DNA of 64,000 nucleotides from an uncultured Campylobacterales bacterium (GTDB lineage Bacteria; Campylobacterota; Campylobacteria; Campylobacterales; QNZT01): assembly GCA_964560425.1 (NCBI GenBank), contig CAZLLE010000078.1, positions 16,303-80,302 on the forward strand. Reading direction: 5' to 3'. Every line of letters begins with the position of its first letter. The first letter of the stretch is position 1. The translations under genes and the position numbers were made by a program. The notes beneath the pieces are model-generated. The model was not told where the DNA came from and did not search any database. It worked only from the letters and a program-made list of their open reading frames with translations. Shown in pieces: positions 20,135-30,800 of this stretch.

Positions 20135-20413
20135 ATGAGCAAAACTTGTATAAAGGCATATCATGAGATGGAGGAGAGGTATGCAAGACTGGTCTTAGAG
20201 TATCATGATAATGAGCAGAGAAATTTGATTTGTGACACAGTTGGAGATGTCATCAATGAGTTTGGAATTGCTCCAGCACTAACTGTAACACCCGGTAAAA
20301 ACTTGGGTGGTGAGTATAGTATTGAGCTTCATGATGATTATGATAGAGAGAGCCAAAAGTTTTTTGAGCTATTAATAAAAAAACTTGGTGTAGATCATTG
20401 TGAAGTTGGTTAA
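20135..20413 (+). CDS. Small hypothetical cytoplasmic protein (92 aa)
   Basis: RBS AAAGGGG, an ORF with ordinary composition, and a hairpin terminator overlapping the stop. No family recognised. Confidence 0.5.
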   Translation: MSKTCIKAYHEMEERYARLVLEYHDNEQRNLICDTVGDVINEFGIAPALTVTPGKNLGGEYSIELHDDYDRESQKFFELLIKKLGVDHCEVG

Positions 20414-20430
20414 GGGCTTTTTAGCCCTTA
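20411..20430 (+). terminator. Hairpin overlapping the stop codon
   Basis: TAAGGGC-ttttta-GCCCTTA. Confidence 0.55.
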
Positions 20431-20566
20431 TAGCTATAAAAATGTTACTTTATCTATAAAAATACTTAAAAATTTTATTAAAAGTAAAAATCAGTATACC
20501 ATTTAAGTCAAATTAAATTATCTTTTCAATAAACTTTAAAAAATAAAAGTTATAAGGATAATTATA

Positions 20567-21025
20567 ATGAAATTAACAACTAGCTTACTTATTGGTACTA
20601 TTTTTTTATGGAGTGGCTGTGCTACAGTAACAAATTATTCTCAATTAAAACAAATTCCATCCGATGGCAAAATTACAGTTTTACCATTTCAAAATAATAC
20701 AAATACACCACTAGCAGGAAAAAAAGCAAAAAATATAATGGAAGGTGTCTTAACTTCCAAAAATCATTCTGTCAATATTTCTGCATCAAACACTCCTTGT
20801 ACTATCAATAATATAAATACGAGATATTATCTATCTGGAACTATCAATGAATGGCGTTATAAAACAGGAATAGAAGCTGAACCAGCTGTTGCAATGAATT
20901 TTAATGTTGTGGATAAATTAAATGGAAATATAGTTTATAGTGCTGTTGGTGCAAAAAATGGATGGGGACAAGAGTCTATTGGATCTGTAGCACAAAAATT
21001 AATATTGGAATTGACAAATAACTAA
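20567..21025 (+). CDS. pelC: PelC-like outer-membrane lipoprotein
   Basis: Lipobox LWSGC. Size of 152 aa. VLPFQNNTNTPLAG and SGTINEWRYK resemble my recollection of PelC. It is the first gene of a pelDEFG-containing operon, and its stop overlaps the next start (TAATG). Confidence 0.6.
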   Translation: MKLTTSLLIGTIFLWSGCATVTNYSQLKQIPSDGKITVLPFQNNTNTPLAGKKAKNIMEGVLTSKNHSVNISASNTPCTINNINTRYYLSGTINEWRYKTGIEAEPAVAMNFNVVDKLNGNIVYSAVGAKNGWGQESIGSVAQKLILELTNN

Positions 21026-22263
21026 TGAATCGTTTTGATACTTCAATACTTATAAAGTATACAGAGTCTTTTATCGTCTCTACTCTTTTTATTTTTGCTG
21101 GGTATCTATTAAATATTCATGACCCATGCTTTTTGGAGAGTAAACTAAATATATCACTCTTTTTTATTACGATATTAACTCTCTTTTTTGGATGGGGTGG
21201 TCTATTACCATTTCTAGTAATATATACTTTGGCTATGAATATTTTTTATGATAAATTCGATCTATATCATATACTAGAGCTTACTCTTCTAGGACTCGTA
21301 TTGTATCTTTTTCAGTATGTTTGGCATACAAAGACAAAAGAGCAAAAAGTAAAAGAGGAGTATCTCAATCAAAAACTAAATGAAAATACCAATGCATTTT
21401 ATACACTAAAAGCTTCGTATGATAAATTGGAAAAAACATATATAACCAAACCATTTAGTCTAAAAGATTCTCTTCAAAAGATTATTAATCTTGTAAATAA
21501 TAGTGATAAAGAGATAGAATTTTTAAAACTATTATCTCAAATATATCAAGTAAAAAAATCTATAATAGTTACCTATGAAAAGTCTAAAGATACAAGAGTC
21601 TACTCTTTGGATCAAAATAATAATTTTGATGAAAATGATCCTCTAATAAAGAGAGCCATCCAAGAGAAAGCACCTGTATATATAGATTTTAATGATGATA
21701 GTAATCAAACCAAATATTTAATAGTAATCCCTGTAAGTTTAGAGAATCAAAAAAAAATATCTCTACTTATAATTGAGGATATACTCTTTACTTCATTTAA
21801 TAAAGATACTCTATTAGAAATTTCGGTTATTTTTACATACTTTTTACAAAGTTTAGATAAAAAGAACTTTATGGATTTAAATAATTGTACTCGCCCATAT
21901 TTGAGTGATAATTTTGCATTTGAACTATGCAAACTTAAAGATATTGAAAAGATTTATAATATTCCATCATCAGTAATAACTTTCAAATCTAGTAGTCATG
22001 ACTATATACAAAGATTACTAGATATTATCAAAAAAGAGAAAAGGGCTATTGATATGATTCAAACTTTAAAGGTTGATAATATGAATTACGCCATTATAAT
22101 ACTTTTTCCTTTTTCAAATAGATCTAGTGTAGAGGGATTTTTCACAAGATTAAAAGATAGTTTACATAAAGATAAAGAGCTTCTAAGACATATAGGCTCA
22201 AAAGATTTTATCTATAAAATAGGCGATATCAAAAAAAATAGACTTGAAAACTTGTTAGGATAA
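21025..22263 (+). CDS. pelD: PelD-like inner-membrane c-di-GMP receptor (4 TM, coiled coil, GAF-like, degenerate GGDEF-like)
   Basis: Four N-terminal hydrophobic helices followed by a heptad-like segment. RxxD motif RAID at aa 340-343 (nt 22042-22053). No intact GGDEF motif. Positioned between the pelC-like and pelE-like genes. Confidence 0.6.
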   Translation: MNRFDTSILIKYTESFIVSTLFIFAGYLLNIHDPCFLESKLNISLFFITILTLFFGWGGLLPFLVIYTLAMNIFYDKFDLYHILELTLLGLVLYLFQYVWHTKTKEQKVKEEYLNQKLNENTNAFYTLKASYDKLEKTYITKPFSLKDSLQKIINLVNNSDKEIEFLKLLSQIYQVKKSIIVTYEKSKDTRVYSLDQNNNFDENDPLIKRAIQEKAPVYIDFNDDSNQTKYLIVIPVSLENQKKISLLIIEDILFTSFNKDTLLEISVIFTYFLQSLDKKNFMDLNNCTRPYLSDNFAFELCKLKDIEKIYNIPSSVITFKSSSHDYIQRLLDIIKKEKRAIDMIQTLKVDNMNYAIIILFPFSNRSSVEGFFTRLKDSLHKDKELLRHIGSKDFIYKIGDIKKNRLENLLG

Positions 22264-22269
22264 ATATCT

Positions 22270-23178
22270 ATGCAACATACATTTTTGATAACAAGTTTAA
22301 TAACTTTTTATCTTCTAGGGATCACTATATTATCCTACTATTTTATTAGAAAAGTGGTTAAAGTACAAAAAATTTGGAGCTTTATATTTTTAATAATCTT
22401 TAATAGCACAATGATTCTACTAGGTCCTATTTTTACGATTTTACTCTACTTTTATCTAACAAAAGAGAAAAAAGAGGTACAAGAGCTTAAGACTAAGAGT
22501 ATAGATATGAACCAACTCAAATTATCATATCCAATGGTCGATAAAATATATAGCCAAGGTCCACTAGAAAACCTTCTAAAAAATGACAAAGCTTCAGAAG
22601 ATAGAAAAGTAAATATATTATCTTATATTACAAACAAGCTACATAGCGACGACATGAGACTGCTACATAGTACACTTTCAAGTAGAAGTGATGAGAGTAG
22701 ACTTTTATGTTTTGGAGCTATTAATCAGATAGAAAAAAAACTAAATGACCAAATAAGTGATGCACTAAAAGCAATTGAGATAACTCAAGATACTAAAGAG
22801 AAAAGTAATTATCAAAAAAAGATTGCTCATCTATATTGGGAGTTTATCTATTATCAACTTGTTAGTAAAGATCTACAAGATTTTTATCTTCATAATGCAA
22901 AAGATTTTGCACTTAAAGCATTAAAAGATGATTATGATAAAGTAGAGCTATATCTTCTATTAGGAAAAATCAATTTGAAAATGAAACTATATGATGAATC
23001 TTTGGAAGCTCTAAAAGAAGTAATAAAAAGCCCCTACTTTAGAGAGGGGGCATTGCCATATCTTGCAGAGTTATATTTTGAAAAGAGAAATTTTAAGGCA
23101 TTACATAAGGTATTACATGAGATTAAAAAAATTAAATACACTCCAAAAGCATTGATGATCTCATCTTTATGGAGGTAA
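22270..23178 (+). CDS. pelE: PelE-like membrane protein with TPR-like C-terminal region
   Basis: Two N-terminal TM helices, then helical repeats. Size (302 aa) and position immediately before pelF support the call. Confidence 0.5.
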   Translation: MQHTFLITSLITFYLLGITILSYYFIRKVVKVQKIWSFIFLIIFNSTMILLGPIFTILLYFYLTKEKKEVQELKTKSIDMNQLKLSYPMVDKIYSQGPLENLLKNDKASEDRKVNILSYITNKLHSDDMRLLHSTLSSRSDESRLLCFGAINQIEKKLNDQISDALKAIEITQDTKEKSNYQKKIAHLYWEFIYYQLVSKDLQDFYLHNAKDFALKALKDDYDKVELYLLLGKINLKMKLYDESLEALKEVIKSPYFREGALPYLAELYFEKRNFKALHKVLHEIKKIKYTPKALMISSLWR

Positions 23179-23182
23179 AATA

Positions 23183-24694
23183 GTGAAATCTAATAGAGAA
23201 GAAACTGTAGATATTTTGATGATTGCAGAGGGAACTTATCCATATATTAGGGGTGGTGTCTCTAGTTGGATAGATCAAATTATCACAGGAATGCCCGAAT
23301 ATAGTTTTGGTATACTTTTTTTGGGTAGTAAAAGAGAAGATTATGAAGAGACAAAATATGATCTTCCCGATAATGTAAAGTTTTTTGAGACATATTTTCT
23401 TTTTGATCCTTTGGATGTAGATGAACCAAGTGCAAGAAATATCAAAAAAGAGAGCATGGATAGACTCAAAAAGTTTTATCAAAATATCAGACAAAATAAA
23501 AAATTTGATTTTGCTTCATTGATTGATGAAGAGTTACTATCCAAAGATATTACTATAAATGATTTTTTATATGCTGATGAATCATGGGAATTTATCAAAG
23601 AGAATTATCGTAAAAATTGCCCTACTTTATCATTTATAGACTATTTTTGGAGTATCAGAAGCATTCATAGACCAGTATGGCTACTTACACAAATCGCTCA
23701 AAAAATGAATTTTGCAAAAGTTATACACTCACCCTCTACAGGATATGCTGGTTTTTTGGCAACACTTATCTCCAATTTTCATAGCATACCATTTATTTTG
23801 ACAGAGCATGGAATATATATTCGAGAAAGAAAGATGGATATGCATACAAATTCTAGTTTTGAGCTTTACAAATCTGCCCTACAAAAGAGTGTAAAAAGTA
23901 ATGATTATATAAAACAGATGTGGATTAACTTTTTTGAAAAAATGGGATATTTGACATATCAATCTGCTCAAGAGATTTTATCTCTATTTAATGGAGCCAA
24001 AGATCTTCAGATCAAATTTGGGGCTGATGAGAAGCGTTGTCGTGTGATACCAAATGGTGTTGATGTTCATAGACTAAATAAACTTGTATCATTAAGAGAT
24101 CCAACTCCACCAAAAGTTATTACACTTTTAGGAAGAGTTGTATCTATTAAAGATATCAAAACATTTATTCGAGCAATAAGAATTACAGCAGATCGCTTTC
24201 CTGATGTACAAGGGTGGGTTGTTGGACCAACTGATGAAGATGTAATTTATGCTGATGAGTGTAATAGAATGGTTGAATCTATGAACCTAAAAGATAATAT
24301 AAATTTTTTGGGTTTTCAAAAGATAGATGATATTTTACCAAAAAGTGGTATTTTGACTTTGACCTCTATTAGTGAAGGTATGCCCTTGACAATATTAGAG
24401 GGTTTTGCATCAGGACTCCCATGTGTTGCTACAGATGTTGGAAGTTGTACGGAGTTGATATATGGAGCATTAAATGAAGAGGATATTGCTATTTCAAAGG
24501 CGGGTGAAGTTGTATCTGTTTCAAATCCATCAGAGTTAGCAGAGGCATATATCATGCTTTTAGAAGATGTAGATTTATGGAAAAAATATCAAAAGAGTGC
24601 ATTACAAAGAGTAAATACTTTTTACACTCAAGAGATCTTTTTTAAGCAATATAGAGGAGTTTATGAAAAGGCATTGGCACAATGGCAGGGATAG
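23183..24694 (+). CDS. pelF: PelF glycosyltransferase (GT4 family with PelF-type N-terminal domain)
   Basis: N-terminus DILMIAEGTYPYIRGGVSSWIDQIITGMPE closely matches the PelF signature as I recall it. GT4 C-terminal EGMPLTILEGFASGLPCVATDVG. GTG start follows GGAGG. Confidence 0.88.
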   Translation: MKSNREETVDILMIAEGTYPYIRGGVSSWIDQIITGMPEYSFGILFLGSKREDYEETKYDLPDNVKFFETYFLFDPLDVDEPSARNIKKESMDRLKKFYQNIRQNKKFDFASLIDEELLSKDITINDFLYADESWEFIKENYRKNCPTLSFIDYFWSIRSIHRPVWLLTQIAQKMNFAKVIHSPSTGYAGFLATLISNFHSIPFILTEHGIYIRERKMDMHTNSSFELYKSALQKSVKSNDYIKQMWINFFEKMGYLTYQSAQEILSLFNGAKDLQIKFGADEKRCRVIPNGVDVHRLNKLVSLRDPTPPKVITLLGRVVSIKDIKTFIRAIRITADRFPDVQGWVVGPTDEDVIYADECNRMVESMNLKDNINFLGFQKIDDILPKSGILTLTSISEGMPLTILEGFASGLPCVATDVGSCTELIYGALNEEDIAISKAGEVVSVSNPSELAEAYIMLLEDVDLWKKYQKSALQRVNTFYTQEIFFKQYRGVYEKALAQWQG

Positions 24695-26058
24695 GGTTTG
24701 AATTAGAAAAATCTCTCAAAAAAGAGAGTCTTTTATCTTATATAAAAGTATATGGTTACTCCGCAATACTTAGTGCTGGAGCTTGGATGGTCTCTATCAT
24801 CTCCATTATTATGGTAGGTTATATTAGTCTAAATTCATATCATAATATACAAGAGACCACACAATTTCAACTAATCGTAACTTATGCGTTTATGTTCTCT
24901 TCAAGTTTTATGCTCTCAGGTTTTTTGCAACTACCCTTGACAAGATTTATAGCTGATAGAGTATATGAAGAGAAATATGAAGAGGTTTTACCTGCATATT
25001 TTGCAACAATTTTTATGGTTCTAATTGCTGGAATATTTATCATGATGCCTATAACATTTTATATGCTTCCAAATGAATCTCTAATATTCAAAATATTAAC
25101 ACTAAATGTATTCATGATAGTAAGTTTAGTATGGGTTGCAAATGTACTAGCATCTAGTCTAAAACGCTATAAAATGGTTGTATTCTCCTATTTTGTTACA
25201 TATTCCTCTATTATTATTTTGACCTACTTTTTTGGTGAAAATAGTATCTTTTTGATGGGAGCTTTTTTTATTGGTAATTTTGCACTCTTTACCATTTTGA
25301 CAATGCTTATAGTCAAACAATATCCATCAAACAAATTAATTAGCTTTGAGATATTTAGAATAAAAACCTTTTATTGGAGATTAGCAGCCGCTGGTTTTTT
25401 CTATAATCTAGGAGTTTGGATAGATAAAATTATTTTTTGGTATCACCCAATGACTGGTTACTCTGTAGTAGGAAACATGAAAGCATCTATTGTTTATGAT
25501 CTTCCTATTTTTCTAGCTTATTTAGCTATTATGCCCGGAATGGCTATATTCTTTTATAGATTAGAGGTGGACTTTACAAGAAGTTTTCAAGGCTTTTTCA
25601 ACTCTATTATAGAAGGCAAACCTCTCTCAACTATAGAGCATTATAAAAATGCTATGAATAGCAATGTAAGAACAATTATCAAAGAGATTATTGTAGTACA
25701 AAGCATGATAAATATTTTTTTATACAATACAGTACCATATATTTTTGAAAAACTATATATCCCAAATTTATATCTTGATCTTTTTTATATTCTATTAATT
25801 GGTGCTACACTACAACTCTGCTTTATGACCATGCAAGCACTTCTATTTTATATTGACAAGAGAATAGAGACACTCTTTTTATCAATTATATTTTTGATTT
25901 TAAATGCAACATTTACATATATATCTATTAATTTAGGTCCACAATATTTTGGTTATGGATATGCTATATCTCTTTTAATAGTCTTTATTATCTCACTCAT
26001 TATTGTACGAAAAAAGTTTTGGAGAATCGATTATGAGACTTTTATGTTACAAAAGTAG
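24682..26058 (+). CDS. pelG: PelG polytopic membrane protein (putative Pel exporter)
   Basis: MAGIGFELEKSL start is typical of PelG. About 12 hydrophobic segments, 458 aa. 13-nt overlap with the pelF end. Confidence 0.82.
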   Translation: MAGIGFELEKSLKKESLLSYIKVYGYSAILSAGAWMVSIISIIMVGYISLNSYHNIQETTQFQLIVTYAFMFSSSFMLSGFLQLPLTRFIADRVYEEKYEEVLPAYFATIFMVLIAGIFIMMPITFYMLPNESLIFKILTLNVFMIVSLVWVANVLASSLKRYKMVVFSYFVTYSSIIILTYFFGENSIFLMGAFFIGNFALFTILTMLIVKQYPSNKLISFEIFRIKTFYWRLAAAGFFYNLGVWIDKIIFWYHPMTGYSVVGNMKASIVYDLPIFLAYLAIMPGMAIFFYRLEVDFTRSFQGFFNSIIEGKPLSTIEHYKNAMNSNVRTIIKEIIVVQSMINIFLYNTVPYIFEKLYIPNLYLDLFYILLIGATLQLCFMTMQALLFYIDKRIETLFLSIIFLILNATFTYISINLGPQYFGYGYAISLLIVFIISLIIVRKKFWRIDYETFMLQK

Positions 26059-26911
26059 GCTAATGTTATACTCTATAATTCTACTAATCATGATTATATT
26101 TGTGGTAGTAATGCGGATAAATTATTTTAATCCCAAAAGTGCAATAGTCTATTATGGGAATAATCCTAATTATAAAGTTTTAGATTCATTTGATATTAGT
26201 ATAGTAGAGTCAGGACATATAAATAGTGGTGATATTGAATTTCAGAAATATAAAAAAAAGATGTTTGCTTATGTTAGTATAGGAGAAGTAGAAAAAAATA
26301 GATCCTATTATCAAGAGATTAAAAAGGAGTGGATTTTAGGAGAAAATAGACTCTGGAAAAGCAAACTATTAAATCTTTCAAACAGAGATTATCAAAACTT
26401 TTTAATCGATAATGTCATCGGTTCTCTTATTAAAGATGGATATGAAAATTTCTTTTTTGATACAGTAGACTCTTATCATCTTCTATCTCTAAATGATAAA
26501 TTAAGAGATAAATATGAAAATGATATTGTTATTTTTTTAAAACATCTTAAAACAAAATACCCAAACATCAAAATAATTTTAAATAGAGGATTTGAGATTA
26601 TAGATAGAGTCTATCCCTATATTGATGGAGTTTTATTTGAATCACTATTTTGTGGCTTAAATAATAAAACCTTAGCATATAGAGACATTCCACCAAAAGA
26701 TAGAGAGTGGCTTTTGGGAAAAGTTAAAAATATTCAATCATATAAGCTATTTGTAATAGCCCTAGATTATCTACCACCAAATCAAGATAAAAAAGCCAAA
26801 AATATTATACAAAAGATCAAAGCCTTAAATATAATTCCGTATATAGGTGAAAAAGATTTACAAAACATAGGCATATCTACAAAAGGAACAAGTAATGCAC
26901 AACTTCATTAG
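26033..26911 (+). CDS. Membrane-anchored PelA-hydrolase-like glycoside hydrolase (GH114/GH166-type TIM barrel)
   Basis: AYVSIGEVEKNRSYY and GYENFFFDTVDSY match the endo-alpha-1,4-polygalactosaminidase / PelA N-domain pattern. N-terminal TM helix. Start moved to ATG 26033 (RBS GGAGAATCG), which overlaps the pelG end. Confidence 0.7.
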   Translation: MRLLCYKSRLMLYSIILLIMIIFVVVMRINYFNPKSAIVYYGNNPNYKVLDSFDISIVESGHINSGDIEFQKYKKKMFAYVSIGEVEKNRSYYQEIKKEWILGENRLWKSKLLNLSNRDYQNFLIDNVIGSLIKDGYENFFFDTVDSYHLLSLNDKLRDKYENDIVIFLKHLKTKYPNIKIILNRGFEIIDRVYPYIDGVLFESLFCGLNNKTLAYRDIPPKDREWLLGKVKNIQSYKLFVIALDYLPPNQDKKAKNIIQKIKALNIIPYIGEKDLQNIGISTKGTSNAQLH

Positions 26912-27758
26912 TACAAAAAGAGAGGAGTTCATTCAATCAGATGTAGATATAAATGCAATAGGAATTAAAGATATTATATTTTTATTTATTGCCTTCTCTT
27001 TTGTACTCTATATACTTTTTCCAAAAGAGACATTAAAAGAGAAGGTACTCAAAGAGACAAAAAGTAACGATCTTGCATTAGTTTATATAGAAAACATGAT
27101 CAATTTTGATTATAAAAACTATGAATTACTACTTCATTATGCAGATATGCAATTTAAAGATGAAAATTTTGCAGCTGTTAAAGGTATTGTTGGAACACTA
27201 TTAAAGTTAGACAATAAAGAGACACAAAAGAGTGCTTTAATTCTTGGAGAAAAGCTTTTTAAAAGAGAGTATTTTCAATTAGAGGAGCAAGAAGATAAAG
27301 AGAAACTACTAAAAGAGTATCAAGATATTCTTAAAGATATGGTGTTAATCTCAGAAGATGAGCAATTTCAAAATGATATTCTTAGTTATTTTAGTACAAG
27401 TAAAGATAGAGATGAATATATAAAACTTCTAGAAAAATTATCAAAAATTGACGATAAATGGGAATTAAAACTTACAGAATACTACATGGCAAATAACAAA
27501 CTTCAAAAAGCACTAATATTATATAAGAAAAGAATTTCCAAAGATATACCATATAAAGAGAAAAAAGTAGTTTTCAAAAAAATTATCAAAGTACTTATGT
27601 TTGGAAGTTTTTTTGATGAAGGAACTAAAATAATGCAAAAGTATGAAAACCTTTTTATAGAAGATGAAGAGATTTTTGAAGAGATAATTCGATTTTATAT
27701 CTCTGCGGGGGAGGAGAAGAAGGCTAGAAAGTATATCTTAAAGAGAGGGAAATATTAA
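26895..27758 (+). CDS. Single-pass membrane protein with helical-repeat (TPR-like) domain, possibly the detached N-terminal part of PelB
   Basis: One TM helix (IIFLFIAFSFVLYILF) followed by all-helical Lys/Glu-rich repeats. 17-nt overlap with the upstream gene. Sits directly before the PelB-like porin gene. Confidence 0.45.
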   Translation: MHNFISTKREEFIQSDVDINAIGIKDIIFLFIAFSFVLYILFPKETLKEKVLKETKSNDLALVYIENMINFDYKNYELLLHYADMQFKDENFAAVKGIVGTLLKLDNKETQKSALILGEKLFKREYFQLEEQEDKEKLLKEYQDILKDMVLISEDEQFQNDILSYFSTSKDRDEYIKLLEKLSKIDDKWELKLTEYYMANNKLQKALILYKKRISKDIPYKEKKVVFKKIIKVLMFGSFFDEGTKIMQKYENLFIEDEEIFEEIIRFYISAGEEKKARKYILKRGKY

Positions 27759-27833
27759 ATATAGACATTTTAAACCAATATAAACAATTTTAATTTATTG
27801 CCGATTTGCAGTAAATATCTTAAGGGTTTTTAG

Positions 27834-30800
27834 ATGCAATTGGTTACTATATTTATATTGATATTTGTTACACAGCTTTATGCAACACAATCAAAAGATA
27901 TATGTTATAACATTCAAATAAGCTCTTTTAGCAGTGCTTCACTAGAGGATATCAAGAAGCTATCTTTTCCAAAAGCTTGTAAGATTATTGAAAAAGGTGG
28001 AATCTATACAATAAAATGTGAATGTGATACAGAAGCAAATATACGAAAAAAACTTCCCTATTATCAAAAAAATGTACCGGGTGCATTTGTTACTAAAACA
28101 GAAAAAAAGTTATTTAATCAAACTCTAGATACAAAGAGAGAACCAACTACACAAAAAGTAGCTCAAAAAATGGATAAGAAGAGGGAAAATCCAGATAAAA
28201 AAGAGCAAAAAAAGAGAGAAACACTAAATGAACTCATGTATAAAGTGTTTATCTATAATAATGATCTCAAAAATGCACAAAAAGTAGCACTAGCAGCACT
28301 AAAAAGAGATCCAACCAATATCATGTGGAGAAAATATTTAGCAGATGCCCTAAGTTGGAGTGGTAAAACAAAAGAGGCTTTTAAACACTATACTTACATA
28401 TACAAGAAAAATAGAGCAAAACAAAATATTAAATCCAAAATAGAGGGATATGGTAGCTATGACAAATATTTTATGCTTTTGGGCAAAGTTTACTCTAATC
28501 CAAAAAACCAAAATAGTATTAATAAGTTTATAAAAGAGGCTGAAAAGCTAGGCAACTCAAAAGAGGCAGTTATCGCCTTGGATAAACTATACAATAAGAC
28601 AAAAAGTGTACCCGCACTAAAGACTAGTGCTAATCTATATCTGAAATTAGGGTTCAAAAAAGAGGCTATGAGACGATTCAAAATTTTGGAAAAAGCAAAA
28701 CTTTTGGATATAAAAACAGCTATGACACTATCTAGAGTATTTTTTGAAGAGAAAAAATTTTCTGATTCTCTAAATGTCCTATTGAGTGTAAAACATTTAG
28801 CAACAATCAAAGATCGAGAGTATTGGCTGCTATTAGTGGATATATACTCTTATCTCAAAAAAGATGAAAAAGCTGCAAAACTATTGAGAGTATTATGTAA
28901 TAATCATGAGTGTAAAAAAGGAGATTATGACAAACTAATATCATTTTATTCCAAAAAAGATAAAAATTTTAGCCTCAAAATAGCACTAAAAGCATTTCGT
29001 CAACTAAAAGAGAGTTCATACTTTTTCTCTTTTACAAAAATGAGTTTAGAAAAAAAAGATACAGATGCAGTAATTAAAGCAATAAGATCACTTACACCTA
29101 AAGAGGAGAGAGAGTATAAAAAACTTCCACTATTTTGGCTCACTATGGCATCACTAAACAATCAATTAGGATTAACTAAAAAAGCAATACTCTCATATCA
29201 ACAAGCACTAAATCTAGACCCCGAATCTATAGAAATCTTAACTCAATATAGTTGGTATATAATGGACAAAAACAGCATACCAAATCTTCAAAATATAGTT
29301 CACAAAATAGAACAGAGAGCTACAGATGATAAAAAACTATATATTCTTGCCGCAGCAATCAATTATAAGCTCAATCATATACAAAAAGCTTACATATATT
29401 ATACAAAAGCAGTACAAGCAGAGCCAGATAATGTTAGTCTAAAATTAGATTATACAAATTTACTTCGTGTAATGAGGGAAAAAGAGTATGCCGATAAAAT
29501 TACATATAATATTTATAACTTGCTACAAAATCAGATGAAAAATAGACCAAATCTACTAAAAGAGAAAGAGTTTCTAACAAACTATTTAAGAGCTTCAATA
29601 TCTTTTATACCTGCACAAAACTATAGAGAAGTTATGAAATATGCCAAAACGATTTTAGATAAAGAGATATATACAAACATGGATATTTCATGGAAATTAT
29701 ATACAAAAGATGGTGATAGCGTTCAATATTTGAGTAGAAAGCTCAAAAAAACAGAAGTTTGGTTGGAATCATATTTAACAATGAGAAGCAATAATATATA
29801 TGCAATGAGAGAGCTTCTATATAAATATGGAGCAATCTTACCACTTGTAGACAAAATTAGTATGGAGCTAAAAACTAAACAGATTGGAGTTGCAAGAAGA
29901 GAGATATTTGAGGCACTAGAAGAGATACCTCAAAACCAATCACTCTATCGTACAAAATATGATATAGACACACAATATGGAAATAAATTTAATAGTGAAA
30001 TAGGTTATGAAGCTCAAGGAGATCTAAAAAGAGAATATGTAAAGATTGAAAATATTCACCATTTGGCAAATAAATACTATCTAGGAGCATCATTCAATTA
30101 TGGAAAAAACCACTCTGATAAGATAGATTTATCTAATAATATGTCTGAAGATTCTACAGCAAAATTGTGGCTAAAAATGTTAATGAACAATGGTTATATA
30201 GAAGCAGGAGGAGGATATAGTGATAAATACACTCAATATCCTCAATATTTTTTCAATCTTTATAATAAACTAACCAACAAATTGAGTATAAAATTGGAAT
30301 TTGAGAAAAGCAAAAATGCAAATGAGACCTTAGATTTAAGACTAAAAGGTAAAAAAGATTATTCAGCTATGGGTATTCGATATCAGTTTAATCAAAGATT
30401 AGCCTTTGAAGCAGAGGCATCAAATAGTAATTATAAATGGCAAAAAGGTGATACTTTAGGTAACTCCCAAAGATATAATATTCAAATGCAACAAAAAATT
30501 AAATTTAGTTATCCAGATATCCTTTTTAGAGAGTATCTAACTATAGCCAACTTTAACGATAAAGGGATAAAAGAGCTACCTGACAACTATATAGAGGGTG
30601 GGTTAGGAGTACAAATAGGTATGGGTTCACTCAAGAGATATAGTAGTAGCTGGAGACCTTATGCTGACTTATCAACCTCATATCATGATACCTTTGGATT
30701 ATCTTTTGCAGGTCAATTTGGGGTCTGTGGAAAATTTATTGGTGATGACTATCTAAACCTATCTTTAAACTATAGTCGTTCAGCAGTTGATAAAAATGAG

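Noticed and set aside
21749-21757. Homopolymeric A9 tract inside the pelD-like gene (plus A8 tracts at 636-643 and 33504-33511) as possible phase-variation switches.
   Set aside because: A/T runs of 8-9 are common in genomes of this composition and encode Lys-Lys-Lys in frame. The poly-G/C tracts typical of Campylobacter phase variation are absent (the longest G or C run seen is 6). There is no evidence of variability from a single sequence.
26003-26032. The longer N-terminal extension (MYEKSFGESI) of the GH114-like ORF given in the ORF track, and similar extensions at 19203-19208 and 20046-20081.
   Set aside because: Internal ATGs preceded by good Shine-Dalgarno sequences (GGAGAATCG, AGGA, GGAGGAAATC) give N-termini that start directly with the expected TM helix or conserved domain. 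The upstream codons lie inside the preceding gene or lack an RBS.
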